Source: a virus
Taxonomy: Duplodnaviria > Heunggongvirae > Uroviricota > Caudoviricetes
Virus record (IMG/VR): IMGVR_UViG_3300010938_000017
Length of the DNA: 20,081 nt
Direction: 5' to 3' (one strand)
Shown here: positions 7,169 through 15,826 of the stretch, piece by piece
How positions within the stretch are numbered: position 1 is the stretch's first letter
Layout of the letters: each line of letters starts with the position of its first letter
The notes under the pieces: model-generated
Databases searched by the model: none
The model's input: only the letters and a program-made list of their open reading frames with translations
Told to the model about the DNA's origin: nothing
Made by a program: the position numbers and the translations under genes

Positions 7169-7197
7169 ATAATACGTTCATTAAGCCTTAATGTCAA
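7169..7197 (-). promoter_or_regulatory. Consensus sigma70 promoter for the leftward arm
   Basis: TTGACA (7197-7192), 17 bp, TATTAT (7174-7169). Confidence 0.85.
7179..7193. promoter_or_regulatory. Palindrome overlapping the -35/spacer (operator-like)
   Basis: CATTAAG-C-CTTAATG, perfect 7-bp arms. Confidence 0.55.
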
Positions 7198-7215
7198 ATC
7201 TTATTATTTGACTCC

Positions 7216-7232
7216 TGTCTCAAAATGAGACA
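7216..7232. promoter_or_regulatory. Inverted repeat between the divergent promoters
   Basis: TGTCTCA-AAA-TGAGACA, perfect 7-bp arms. Confidence 0.5.
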
Positions 7233-7237
7233 AACTT

Positions 7238-7257
7238 AAGTTAACAACTGTATTTGA
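7238..7257 (+). promoter_or_regulatory. Repeated motif copy 1 (candidate late promoter)
   Basis: AAGTTAACAACTGTATTTGA, upstream of the first rightward gene. Confidence 0.7.
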
Positions 7258-7358
7258 ATAGTTTAAGCAAGAAGCATGGCCCTAAGGGGACCAAACGCGC
7301 AAGCAACAAGGCTATTACGCTATAACCCTATTCGGTATTTTAAATAAAGGAAACCACT

Positions 7359-7634
7359 ATGTTAGAGAAGATCAAAAATCTTCAGGTCAACATTACACTT
7401 ATTGCGTTTTTATGCTTTGTAGTAAAAATGCTTATAGTTGATGCAACTATTGCCGATAGTATTATTGTTTTGGGCTTAGGAGCTTTTTATAGCTATAGCC
7501 AATATTTAAAACGTTTTCAACCATATAAACTCGATGACGCTGTTACAAGAGATCTTATGGAAGTTAAAAGTGCTTTATCTAAATTAAATATGGTTCGCGC
7601 TACTGAGAAAAAAAATAACGGTACTTACTTCTAA
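7359..7634 (+). CDS. Two-TM membrane protein, possible holin
   Basis: Two hydrophobic segments (ITLIAFLCFVVKMLIV; SIIVLGLGAFYSY), charged C-terminus; AAAGGA SD. Holin role is inference only. Confidence 0.45.
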   Translation: MLEKIKNLQVNITLIAFLCFVVKMLIVDATIADSIIVLGLGAFYSYSQYLKRFQPYKLDDAVTRDLMEVKSALSKLNMVRATEKKNNGTYF

Positions 7635-7642
7635 GGCTCGTA

Positions 7643-8071
7643 ATGGACAAATCTTTAGCAACTTTGAATCAAGAAAATCTTGAACTTAAAAAATTAAATA
7701 GCGGTCTTAATGAGACTGTTGCAATTTTAATGAGTGAAGTTGAAAGACTTCGAGCCCTTGAAAAACCAGTCAGTAACGTTGAACGAATTGAACTGACCAC
7801 CGAACAGAAAATTATTGAAGATCAAATCAGTCTTCTAGATACAATATCCAGAATGCGAGCATTTACTCTTGAAGAAACCCGAGCATTGGACTTGTTAATA
7901 AAAAATAAAAGGCTATTGGACCAAAATAAACCAATTGAGCCTGACTACACTAAAGTACCTGACGGGCAAACCCCTGAAGATCTTATAAGGATAGCTGGAA
8001 ATGCTGAACCAGAACAACCCACCACGACTAAGCCAAGAGCAAAAACAAGCTCGAAAAATTCTATGGCATAG
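7643..8071 (+). CDS. Coiled-coil protein, possible terminase small subunit
   Basis: Immediately upstream of the large terminase; helical/coiled-coil character. No diagnostic motif recognised. Confidence 0.35.
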   Translation: MDKSLATLNQENLELKKLNSGLNETVAILMSEVERLRALEKPVSNVERIELTTEQKIIEDQISLLDTISRMRAFTLEETRALDLLIKNKRLLDQNKPIEPDYTKVPDGQTPEDLIRIAGNAEPEQPTTTKPRAKTSSKNSMA

Positions 8072-9467
8072 AGGCGTACTGAAGTGGAAACTTCACCCGC
8101 TACAACAAAAAATCTACGATTCTTATTATACAAGTGATGATTACATCACCACACTTCTTATCTCTCGTCAGACAGGTAAATCATATTTACTTTGTGTATT
8201 GGCAATTGAAATCTGTCTACGTAACCCTAATGTCATAGTCAAATATGTCTGTCCTAAGCAAAAGATGGTAAAAACTATCTTAAAGCCTAGAATGAGAGAG
8301 ATCTTAGAAGATTGTCCTGAAGAACTGCGTCCTGAATATAAAGAGAATGATAAAATTTATCAGTTTAAAAACGGTTCTGAAATTCAGATGGCTGGAACTG
8401 ATAATCAAAACTACGATTCAATTCGTGGTGGAGCTTCTGTTTTATGGATCGTGGATGAAGCAGGATTCTGTAGTGACTTGAAAACTGTGGTGCGTTCTGT
8501 TCTGTCTCCGACCACATTAACTACCAAAGGCCGAGGCATTTTAGCCTCTACACCAGATCCTGACGCGCCTGAGCACGATTTTATTAAAGAGTTTGTTGAA
8601 CCAGCAAAGATGATGGGAAAGTTGTTTCAATATACAATCTTTGATAACCCCCTTATCGATGATGCTGAAAGAAACCGAATTATAAACACTTATCCTGGTG
8701 GAATTAGAAATCCCCAGTTTAGAGCGGAGTTCTTGTGTGAGATTATACGAAATTATGAAAACACCGTTATTCCTGAATTTGATGATGCTACCGAAAAAGT
8801 TATTGTCACTGATAAGTACATTAGACCGCCGTATTATGATACTTATATTTCGATGGATATCGGTGGAAAAGATTTTACGGCTGTACTATTCGCTTATTAT
8901 GATTTCTTAAAAAACACTGTCGTTATTGAAGATGAATTTATTCTTAAAGAAAAACAACACACTGACAAAATTAAAAATGGAATCAATTCGGTCTGTGAAA
9001 AACTTTGGGGCGAAAAACCTGTTTATCTTCGATTCGCCGACAACAACAACATAATCCTGCTAAATGATCTTACTCAAAATGGGCTGACCTTTATTCCTAC
9101 TAAAAAGGATAACAAGGAAGCTGCCATTAACGATGTTCGTATGAGGGTTATGAATCATCAAATTATAATCAATCCTCGGTGTAAAACCCTAATATATCAT
9201 CTAAAATATGCGACTTGGGCTAGAAAATCAGATAAAGCCACAAGTGCTGGCGGATACAAGGCCTTTGCCCGTTCTGCCGATGGCGGTCACTTCGATTCAC
9301 TTGATAGCTTAATATACCTTATTCGAAACATAATTTATGGAAAAAACCCATACCCTAAGGGTTACGGTGCTTTATCTGGTGCGGATAATCATTTCCGAGA
9401 AGAATCTAAACAGACTCATCAGATTGTAGCTGACATGTTAAGGCTTCGAAAACCCACCAAAAAATAG
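8001..9467 (+). CDS. terL: Terminase large subunit
   Basis: Walker A SRQTGKS, Walker B LWIVDEAGF, coupling motif ASTP, RNase H-like nuclease acidic motifs SMDIGGKD and HFDSLD; AAGGA SD before ATG 8001. Confidence 0.95.
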   Translation: MLNQNNPPRLSQEQKQARKILWHRGVLKWKLHPLQQKIYDSYYTSDDYITTLLISRQTGKSYLLCVLAIEICLRNPNVIVKYVCPKQKMVKTILKPRMREILEDCPEELRPEYKENDKIYQFKNGSEIQMAGTDNQNYDSIRGGASVLWIVDEAGFCSDLKTVVRSVLSPTTLTTKGRGILASTPDPDAPEHDFIKEFVEPAKMMGKLFQYTIFDNPLIDDAERNRIINTYPGGIRNPQFRAEFLCEIIRNYENTVIPEFDDATEKVIVTDKYIRPPYYDTYISMDIGGKDFTAVLFAYYDFLKNTVVIEDEFILKEKQHTDKIKNGINSVCEKLWGEKPVYLRFADNNNIILLNDLTQNGLTFIPTKKDNKEAAINDVRMRVMNHQIIINPRCKTLIYHLKYATWARKSDKATSAGGYKAFARSADGGHFDSLDSLIYLIRNIIYGKNPYPKGYGALSGADNHFREESKQTHQIVADMLRLRKPTKK

Positions 9468-9469
9468 AA

Positions 9470-9489
9470 AAGTTAACAACTGTATTTGA
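9470..9489 (+). promoter_or_regulatory. Repeated motif copy 2 (candidate late promoter)
   Basis: AAGTTAACAACTGTATTTGA, identical to copy 1, in the terL-portal gap. Confidence 0.7.
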
Positions 9490-9516
9490 GCCTATAGCCC
9501 ACTAAAGGATTCAAGA

Positions 9517-11625
9517 ATGTCAAAAAACCCTGATAAATATTTCGCATCTAAAACTGGTGAAGATACAGCTAAAATTGTATTACAAAAGGCTAACTCTTGG
9601 TTTCACAACCTTGATATAAACGGATACTTAGATAAGCTTCGTTATGCTTGGATGTCTTACCATGGAGCATATTACACTGACGTAGGTTCTGGTCATCGAA
9701 TCACTTTTGGTGGTGAACAAGAAGAAATAACCAATTTAGCGGTCAATCACTATCGTAATATTTGTCGTCACATGTTGACCATGGTTACAGCTAATCGTCC
9801 TTCAATGGATGCTAGAGCTACTAACACGGATTACGAATCTTTAGTTCAAACTAAATTGGCCAATGGCTTGCTTGATTATTATATGCGTGAAAAGCGTCTT
9901 GAGGATTACTTAAGCCGCGCAGTTGAACATGCAATCGTATTTGGTACAGGTTACGTTAAAATGGAATGGAACGCCACTTCTGGTGAGATTCATGACTATG
10001 TTGAACCTGAATATGAAATGAAAAAAACTTATGATCCTGAATCGGGTCAAGAAACTGAAGAACAATCACTCGACGAAGAAGGTCAGCCAATTGAGAAAAC
10101 TAAAGGTTTTCCAATTTATGAGGGTGACGTTATGTTTAGTACGGTTTCACCATTTGACGTTGTGTTTGATAGCACCAAAGAAGATGCTTCGAAACAAGAC
10201 TGGGTTCTTATACGATCATTCAAAAATCGTTTTGACCTTGCTGCAAAATATCCAGAATATGAAGATAAGATTTTAAAACAAGAAACTAAGAGCGATAAAG
10301 AGCGTTACAACTTTACTGGTTCATTTTATGATCAAACTGATGATATTTCAGTTTATGAGTTTTATCATAGACAAACTGAATCAATGCCTGATGGACGTTA
10401 TCTTTTATTCGTAGCTTCGGACGCAATTCTAATGGACGCAGCTATGCCGTATCGTAAATTGCCGATCTATAGAATCTCTCCTGCTGACATTCTTGGTACT
10501 CCATATGGTTATACTGACACTTTTGATTTGCTTCCAATTCAAGATGCACTTAATAGTCTTTATAGCACAATTCTTACTAATCAAAGCACGTTTGGTGTTC
10601 AAAACATTTTGTGTCCAAGAGGAACTGATGTTAACCCATATGCATTATCTGGTGGACTAAACTTTATTGAGTACAACGCTTCAATTGGTAAACCAGAAGC
10701 ATTAAATCTTACATCTACCCCGCCTGAAATTTTCAACTTTATTAATTTGTTAGAAAAAGCTATGGAAACCGTTTCTGGTGTTAACTCTGTATCACGTGGG
10801 AACCCAGAAGCTTCACTTCAAAGTGGTAACGCTTTGGCACTCGTACAATCTATGAGTCTTCAGTTTATATCCGGCCTTCAACAGTCTTACGTTAAACTAA
10901 TTGAAGATGTTGGAACTGGTCTAATTCAAATGCTTCAGGATTTTGCTTCTGTGCCACGCATTGCGATGATCGTAGGTAAGAGCAATCGTACCTATATGAA
11001 AGAGTTCAGTGGTAAGGATTTGAATAGCATTAACCGTGTGATTGTCGATGTGGGCAATCCTTTGTCTAAGACAACTGCAGGTCGTGTGCAAATGGCTGAA
11101 CAGATGCTTCAGATGGGTGTTATTACTTCACCTGAACAATACATTAGTGTAATTAACTCTGGTAAACTTGAGACTATGACTGATGGAATTGATCGTCAGT
11201 TACTGTTGATTAAGGCTGAGAACGAAAAACTTGTTGCAGGTGAAATGGTTCAGGCAATCGATATTGAACCTCACTCCTTACATATTAAAGAGCACCGCGA
11301 TGTACTGTCAGATCCAGATCTAAAACAAGATCCTGATCTAGTATCTCGTGTACTTACTCATATTCAAGAACATATTGATGCTTTAAGAAACGCTGATCCT
11401 GATTTGTTAATGCATATCGGTGAACAACCCCTTGGACCTGTCGGTGGATCACCGGCAAATCAACCTGGACCACAAGATATAGCAATGTCTGATGTTGGAC
11501 AGGCACCAGAAGTGATGCAACCTGCGCCAGGTGTACCTGATATTTCTTTACCACAACCAGCATCGCCACCAGCACCATTTGAAAACAATCCAGTGACAGC
11601 TCAAGAAATGTTACCTCAAAGCTAA
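9517..11625 (+). CDS. Portal protein (P22-like)
   Basis: 702 aa directly after terL; size, helical character and Pro/Gln-rich C-terminal tail fit P22-like portals. Confidence 0.85.
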   Translation: MSKNPDKYFASKTGEDTAKIVLQKANSWFHNLDINGYLDKLRYAWMSYHGAYYTDVGSGHRITFGGEQEEITNLAVNHYRNICRHMLTMVTANRPSMDARATNTDYESLVQTKLANGLLDYYMREKRLEDYLSRAVEHAIVFGTGYVKMEWNATSGEIHDYVEPEYEMKKTYDPESGQETEEQSLDEEGQPIEKTKGFPIYEGDVMFSTVSPFDVVFDSTKEDASKQDWVLIRSFKNRFDLAAKYPEYEDKILKQETKSDKERYNFTGSFYDQTDDISVYEFYHRQTESMPDGRYLLFVASDAILMDAAMPYRKLPIYRISPADILGTPYGYTDTFDLLPIQDALNSLYSTILTNQSTFGVQNILCPRGTDVNPYALSGGLNFIEYNASIGKPEALNLTSTPPEIFNFINLLEKAMETVSGVNSVSRGNPEASLQSGNALALVQSMSLQFISGLQQSYVKLIEDVGTGLIQMLQDFASVPRIAMIVGKSNRTYMKEFSGKDLNSINRVIVDVGNPLSKTTAGRVQMAEQMLQMGVITSPEQYISVINSGKLETMTDGIDRQLLLIKAENEKLVAGEMVQAIDIEPHSLHIKEHRDVLSDPDLKQDPDLVSRVLTHIQEHIDALRNADPDLLMHIGEQPLGPVGGSPANQPGPQDIAMSDVGQAPEVMQPAPGVPDISLPQPASPPAPFENNPVTAQEMLPQS

Positions 11626-12149
11626 TGCATTATTTAATTTTAACCGTACTGATATTATTATCATGTTTTAATGGGGAAACGATTAATAAAATGGATGAAA
11701 ACGATAAAATAAAGAGTTTTTTAGATACGATTTCTCAGATTGAATCTTCTGGTGGGAAAAATTTTAATCATCCACAAATGAAATCAGGAATTCATGCAGG
11801 TCAATCTGCTATTGGTCGTTATGGTTTAATGCCTAATACCGTTAGTGAAGTTCTGAATCGTATGCGTTTAAGCGGTTCCTTAACTCCAGAGTTAGAACAA
11901 CTAAGAAACTTAGATCCAGTTGCTCTAAAAGAAACACTAGAAGCTAGTCCTGAACTTGAAGATGAGATTGCTAGAAGTCTAGCGAACAAGGTTTTGTCTC
12001 AACAAAACGATGAAGAAAAGGCAGCTTATGCATGGAATCAAGGTCACAATCTAAAACCAGATCGAATTGCAAAGCAACCTTATAAAGAGAGTGATTACGT
12101 GAAAAAATATAATACTTTAAAAAAAATGAGTCAAGGGGATAAATCATGA
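11625..12149 (+). CDS. Lytic transglycosylase / lysozyme-fold protein
   Basis: Catalytic Glu motif ISQIESSGG, GRYGLMP (GxxQ-like) and AAYAWNQG (AYNxG-like); hydrophobic N-terminus. Confidence 0.75.
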   Translation: MHYLILTVLILLSCFNGETINKMDENDKIKSFLDTISQIESSGGKNFNHPQMKSGIHAGQSAIGRYGLMPNTVSEVLNRMRLSGSLTPELEQLRNLDPVALKETLEASPELEDEIARSLANKVLSQQNDEEKAAYAWNQGHNLKPDRIAKQPYKESDYVKKYNTLKKMSQGDKS

Positions 12150-12364
12150 GTGATAGAATTAAAAGAGAGCTTGCTGACTATTTTGGCAATCAATATGATA
12201 GTGATGAAGATCTTGATGAAGAAACTCGAAAGAAGATACAAAATCAAGGTCCCATCGCAGCCGAAAAAACTCGTAATGAAGCGTGGGATAAAGCAGATAT
12301 GTATCCTAAGTTAAAGCGTTTTCTTAAAGGTGTTTGGTACGGCGATAAGCGTAAAAAAGAATAA
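12146..12364 (+). CDS. Hypothetical protein
   Basis: 72-aa charged ORF, ATGA-coupled. Confidence 0.7.
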   Translation: MSDRIKRELADYFGNQYDSDEDLDEETRKKIQNQGPIAAEKTRNEAWDKADMYPKLKRFLKGVWYGDKRKKE

Positions 12365-12371
12365 GTAAGTT

Positions 12372-13343
12372 ATGCCAAATAACCTTAAGCATTATGACGC
12401 AAATCAGGTATTACGGAGTGTTTTTGATGTAGATCGAAATACATTAAGAGTATCCGTAGTTGACGGTTCCACAGGTGATGGATCTGGATTTGAAGTCATT
12501 ATCACACATACCGATGATTCTATTCGGCTTGGTGATGGCACTAATTATATAACGTCTACAACCATCGGTCCAAAAGTTGGACTTGATGTGAATCTTATTA
12601 ATGCATCTGTTATTGTACCGCTTCCTACTGGAGCGGCGACAGAAGCAAAGCAAGACGTAGGCAATGCTTCTTTAGCAAGTATTGATGGTAAAATTGTTCA
12701 GGTTGATACTGATAATGTTACCGTTGTTTCCAGTGTTTTACTGACAGGTGCTGCTACTGAAGCTAAACAAGACGTAGGTAATGCGTCCTTAGCTAGTATC
12801 GATGCTAAACTGACGGCTCCTGTAGCTGTTACAGGTCCTTTAACTGATATTCAATTAAGGGCTTCCCCCGTTCCAGTAAGTGCAGCAACTTTACCACTTC
12901 CAACTGGAGCCGCTACAGAAGCAAAGCAAGATGTTGGAAATACTTCATTAGCATCCATTAATACAAACCAGACCAATGGTACTCAGTCTTCAAGAATTAC
13001 AGATGGAACTGATACTGCTGGTGTAACTGCTAATGCGAATCTTAAGGTTGCTGATGGATTAAGAAACGGTGGGACTCAAGGTGCCCTCAATTTACCAACA
13101 GGCAATACTCCTGTTGAAGCTAAAGTTGGTGGAGCAAAGTTATCAAACCGGAAAGCCCTTATAATTACCATTCAAAATAATGGTATGTTTTGGGGCTTAA
13201 CTAGTGGAGTAACTATTGCTAATGGTCATCCAACTGCAAATGGTCAAGTTTTATCATTTGCTATAGATCCTGATTCTACTTTTGAAGTTTGGTTAGTAGG
13301 AAACGCTAATAATAAAAATGCTATTGTAAGTGAGATTCCATAA
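12372..13343 (+). CDS. Virion structural/fibre-like protein with internal repeats
   Basis: Ala/Thr/Gly/Val-rich; three copies of L(P/L)TGAATEAKQDVGN(A/T)SLASI(D/N). Confidence 0.6.
   Translation: MPNNLKHYDANQVLRSVFDVDRNTLRVSVVDGSTGDGSGFEVIITHTDDSIRLGDGTNYITSTTIGPKVGLDVNLINASVIVPLPTGAATEAKQDVGNASLASIDGKIVQVDTDNVTVVSSVLLTGAATEAKQDVGNASLASIDAKLTAPVAVTGPLTDIQLRASPVPVSAATLPLPTGAATEAKQDVGNTSLASINTNQTNGTQSSRITDGTDTAGVTANANLKVADGLRNGGTQGALNLPTGNTPVEAKVGGAKLSNRKALIITIQNNGMFWGLTSGVTIANGHPTANGQVLSFAIDPDSTFEVWLVGNANNKNAIVSEIP
12618..12962 (+). repeat. Three dispersed ~22-codon repeats
   Basis: About 12618-12686, 12738-12803 and 12894-12962; near-identical protein sequence, many third-position differences. 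Confidence 0.85.
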
Positions 13344-13663
13344 TGAAACTGTTTGAAGCATCACCCGTAGCTGGCTCAGTTCCATATGATAATACTGAAT
13401 CTGGTATTCCTGGAACAAACGTTCAAGATGCGATTGATGATGTCTATAGTGCCATTAATACTAAGATTGCGTATCCCAATGTAATTAAAAACGCACAAGT
13501 AGTAATGGATGCATCTTTGACAATACAAAATAATACAGGTTTGCGGGTAACTAGACCAAATGGAAGTACTGAAATGGTTCGATTTATTGGATCATCTACT
13601 ATCCAAAGTAACGGGTCATTGACTATATCTAGCAATGGACAAATGAGAGTAATAGGAGTTTAA
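13343..13663 (+). CDS. Small virion structural protein (fibre-associated)
   Basis: VPYDNTESGIPGTNVQDAIDDV motif seen in phage fibre/structural proteins; TAATG coupling. Confidence 0.55.
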   Translation: MKLFEASPVAGSVPYDNTESGIPGTNVQDAIDDVYSAINTKIAYPNVIKNAQVVMDASLTIQNNTGLRVTRPNGSTEMVRFIGSSTIQSNGSLTISSNGQMRVIGV

Positions 13664-13664
13664 G

Positions 13665-14996
13665 ATGGCTGATTCGGGTTTTTTAGAATTACAAGAAGGT
13701 ACGGCACCTGGAACACCAGCGGCTACCTATACTAGAGTCTATGTTGATGAAGCTGATGATTTAGTAAAAGCTAAAAGCGATGATGGTACCATTCGAGTAT
13801 TAGAAGCTCCTGCTACGACAGACGATCTTCCTGAAGGCGCAACAAATCTTTATTTTTTAGATGAACGTGCTCAAGATGCGGTTGGTGCTGCTTTAGCTAA
13901 TACCCCTAGCATTAATTTAATCTACAATGACCCAACAAATGAAATTACTGCTGTTTTAAATAATACGGCGGTAGCTCCAGGAGTTTATGGTTCTAACGTA
14001 GACAGCGCAACTCTCAGTATTGCTAGTGACGGTCGAGTTATTCTAGCATCTAACACACCAATCAATCATAATCTTCTTTTAAATTATGTAGCCGATCAAC
14101 ACATTGACCATTCTGCGGTTTCTATTAATACTAATGTAAATAGTGGACTAGCTGGTGGCGGAACTATTGCTGCTAGTCGTAGCTTATCTGTAGACTTAAA
14201 TAATCTAACACAAGCGACTGAAAGATTAGTAGCCAATGATCAAATTCCATTGTATTCATCTGGTGCCGCCGCAACAAAAAAATACTCACTGAAAGATTTT
14301 ATTTCGAAACGTGGACGAGTACAAGACCTTGCCCATTTTGCGTCATCGGATTTTATTTTTAACGAAACGAATTTATTAACAGGCACTGGCGCTGGTACAG
14401 GTAACTCTACTCAACAAGGTTCTTATGGGATGAATCATATTGAGAGAGCTTTAGGTATTACTGAAACAGATACAGGAACTACTACAACGGGTCGTCGAAC
14501 TGTATCGTCTAATACATCAGCATTAACTACAGGTTTAGCTAGATTACGTTTCGGTGCTCGTCATGCTTTGAATCAACTATCTAACGGAACAGACACTTTT
14601 ACGGTGTATCTTGGTTTTATTGGAACTACTGCAGCCGGTGATCAAAATGCCGGTGCTTATTTTCGATATACCCATTCGGTTAATGGGGGACGTTGGGAAG
14701 CTGTAACTGCCGCTGGTGGTGGTTCTCCAACTAGAACCGCAGTTGATACAGGTATTGATGCTAACGTTCTTTATAATATTTTTGAAGTAGAAATCGCAGA
14801 AGATGCTTCTTCAGCAACATTTTATATTAATGATGTTCTTGTTGCAACAATAACAACAAATATTCCAGCTACCAGTACTGCTGCGAATTTTACTTTTGGT
14901 TTTGGTTGGAAAATTGAAAAATCAGCCGGAACTTCAGCCGTGGCTCATTCAACAGATTGGTTTTATTTTGAACAAGAAAGAGCAACTGCTCGATAA
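13665..14996 (+). CDS. Fibre-like protein with probable C-terminal beta-sandwich (lectin/ConA-like) domain
   Basis: TDDLPEGATNLYF motif common in phage fibre proteins; Thr/Gly/Ala-rich; C-terminal beta-rich segment (FEVEIAED...FYINDVLVATITTNIP). Confidence 0.65.
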   Translation: MADSGFLELQEGTAPGTPAATYTRVYVDEADDLVKAKSDDGTIRVLEAPATTDDLPEGATNLYFLDERAQDAVGAALANTPSINLIYNDPTNEITAVLNNTAVAPGVYGSNVDSATLSIASDGRVILASNTPINHNLLLNYVADQHIDHSAVSINTNVNSGLAGGGTIAASRSLSVDLNNLTQATERLVANDQIPLYSSGAAATKKYSLKDFISKRGRVQDLAHFASSDFIFNETNLLTGTGAGTGNSTQQGSYGMNHIERALGITETDTGTTTTGRRTVSSNTSALTTGLARLRFGARHALNQLSNGTDTFTVYLGFIGTTAAGDQNAGAYFRYTHSVNGGRWEAVTAAGGGSPTRTAVDTGIDANVLYNIFEVEIAEDASSATFYINDVLVATITTNIPATSTAANFTFGFGWKIEKSAGTSAVAHSTDWFYFEQERATAR

Positions 14997-15010
14997 TAAG
15001 GGGAATTAAT

Positions 15011-15349
15011 ATGGCAGCTACTTCAGCACAATTAGCAGATCAACAATCTTCAATTGATTGGGCAAAATCCTTAATGGCCGAATTTAAACAAAGGAATATC
15101 GAAGAAGGTATTAATGCCATGCAAGCCATGTGGATGCATCAACGAATTAGAAACTGGCCATGTACAATTAACGGTGTCGAATTCACTGTTGACATTATGA
15201 ATATGGTTTTTTCAGGAGATATGGCTACAGCCGGTTTAGCATTATTATATGGAACTCCTGATGACATGAGTCAACCATATCATTGGTTAAATGAAGAACG
15301 ATTGGCTTGGTTAATCACAAATGTAAAATCGTATTTAGGTTGGCCGTAA
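15011..15349 (+). CDS. Hypothetical protein, possible fibre assembly/chaperone
   Basis: Directly follows the fibre gene; GGGGA SD. Function inferred from position only. Confidence 0.45.
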   Translation: MAATSAQLADQQSSIDWAKSLMAEFKQRNIEEGINAMQAMWMHQRIRNWPCTINGVEFTVDIMNMVFSGDMATAGLALLYGTPDDMSQPYHWLNEERLAWLITNVKSYLGWP

Positions 15350-15352
15350 TAA

Positions 15353-15826
15353 ATGATTGTGACGGTTCATGCTCTTTTTAGTCATAATAATATGATTGGG
15401 TCTAAAATTATAGCTCATGGATCTGCACATCTAGAACCTAATATGCCCAAAACTAGTCACGTTGCGGTTTTAATAAATGAACGTTGGGTTCATGAATCAA
15501 CTGGTAACAATGGTGTTGCTGTAATAAGTTACGATAAATGGAAATCTATTCATAAAGAAGTAGCGCGAGTACAATTAAAATCCAGAGAGTATCAAGAGAT
15601 TGCCGATAGATATCGGGAAATACAAAAAAAAGACTACGATTATTTGGGTGTACTTTATTTAGGTCTTTGCATTATTCCAACGTTTTTAGGCTTTAAACTT
15701 CTAAAAAGAAACATGTGGCAATCAAAAACTAGATATTTTTGTTGTGAAGTTCTCGGTTATTTAACCGGCCAGGATTATAGTATGTGCTCACCTGTTCAAA
15801 TTTTAGGGATGTTAAGTCGTGGCTAA
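15353..15826 (+). CDS. Permuted papain-like amidase (YaeF/YiiX, NlpC/P60 superfamily)
   Basis: His precedes Cys: SHVAV...HES, YDYLG, RYFCCEVL. Confidence 0.75.
   Translation: MIVTVHALFSHNNMIGSKIIAHGSAHLEPNMPKTSHVAVLINERWVHESTGNNGVAVISYDKWKSIHKEVARVQLKSREYQEIADRYREIQKKDYDYLGVLYLGLCIIPTFLGFKLLKRNMWQSKTRYFCCEVLGYLTGQDYSMCSPVQILGMLSRG

Noticed and set aside
7162-7197. ORF-track TTG start for the subtilase
   Set aside because: The TTG is part of the TTGACA -35 box; the signal peptide begins at ATG 7161.
1083-7228. Plus-strand ORFs in the left arm (1083..1346, 1628..1990, 2188..2373, 3349..3549, 3899..4174, 4737..4922, 6052..6255, 6261..6530, 7016..7228)
   Set aside because: All lie opposite well-supported, translationally coupled minus-strand genes.
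12372-14996. Diversity-generating retroelement template/variable repeats
   Set aside because: No reverse transcriptase in the window, and repeat differences are synonymous rather than adenine-specific.
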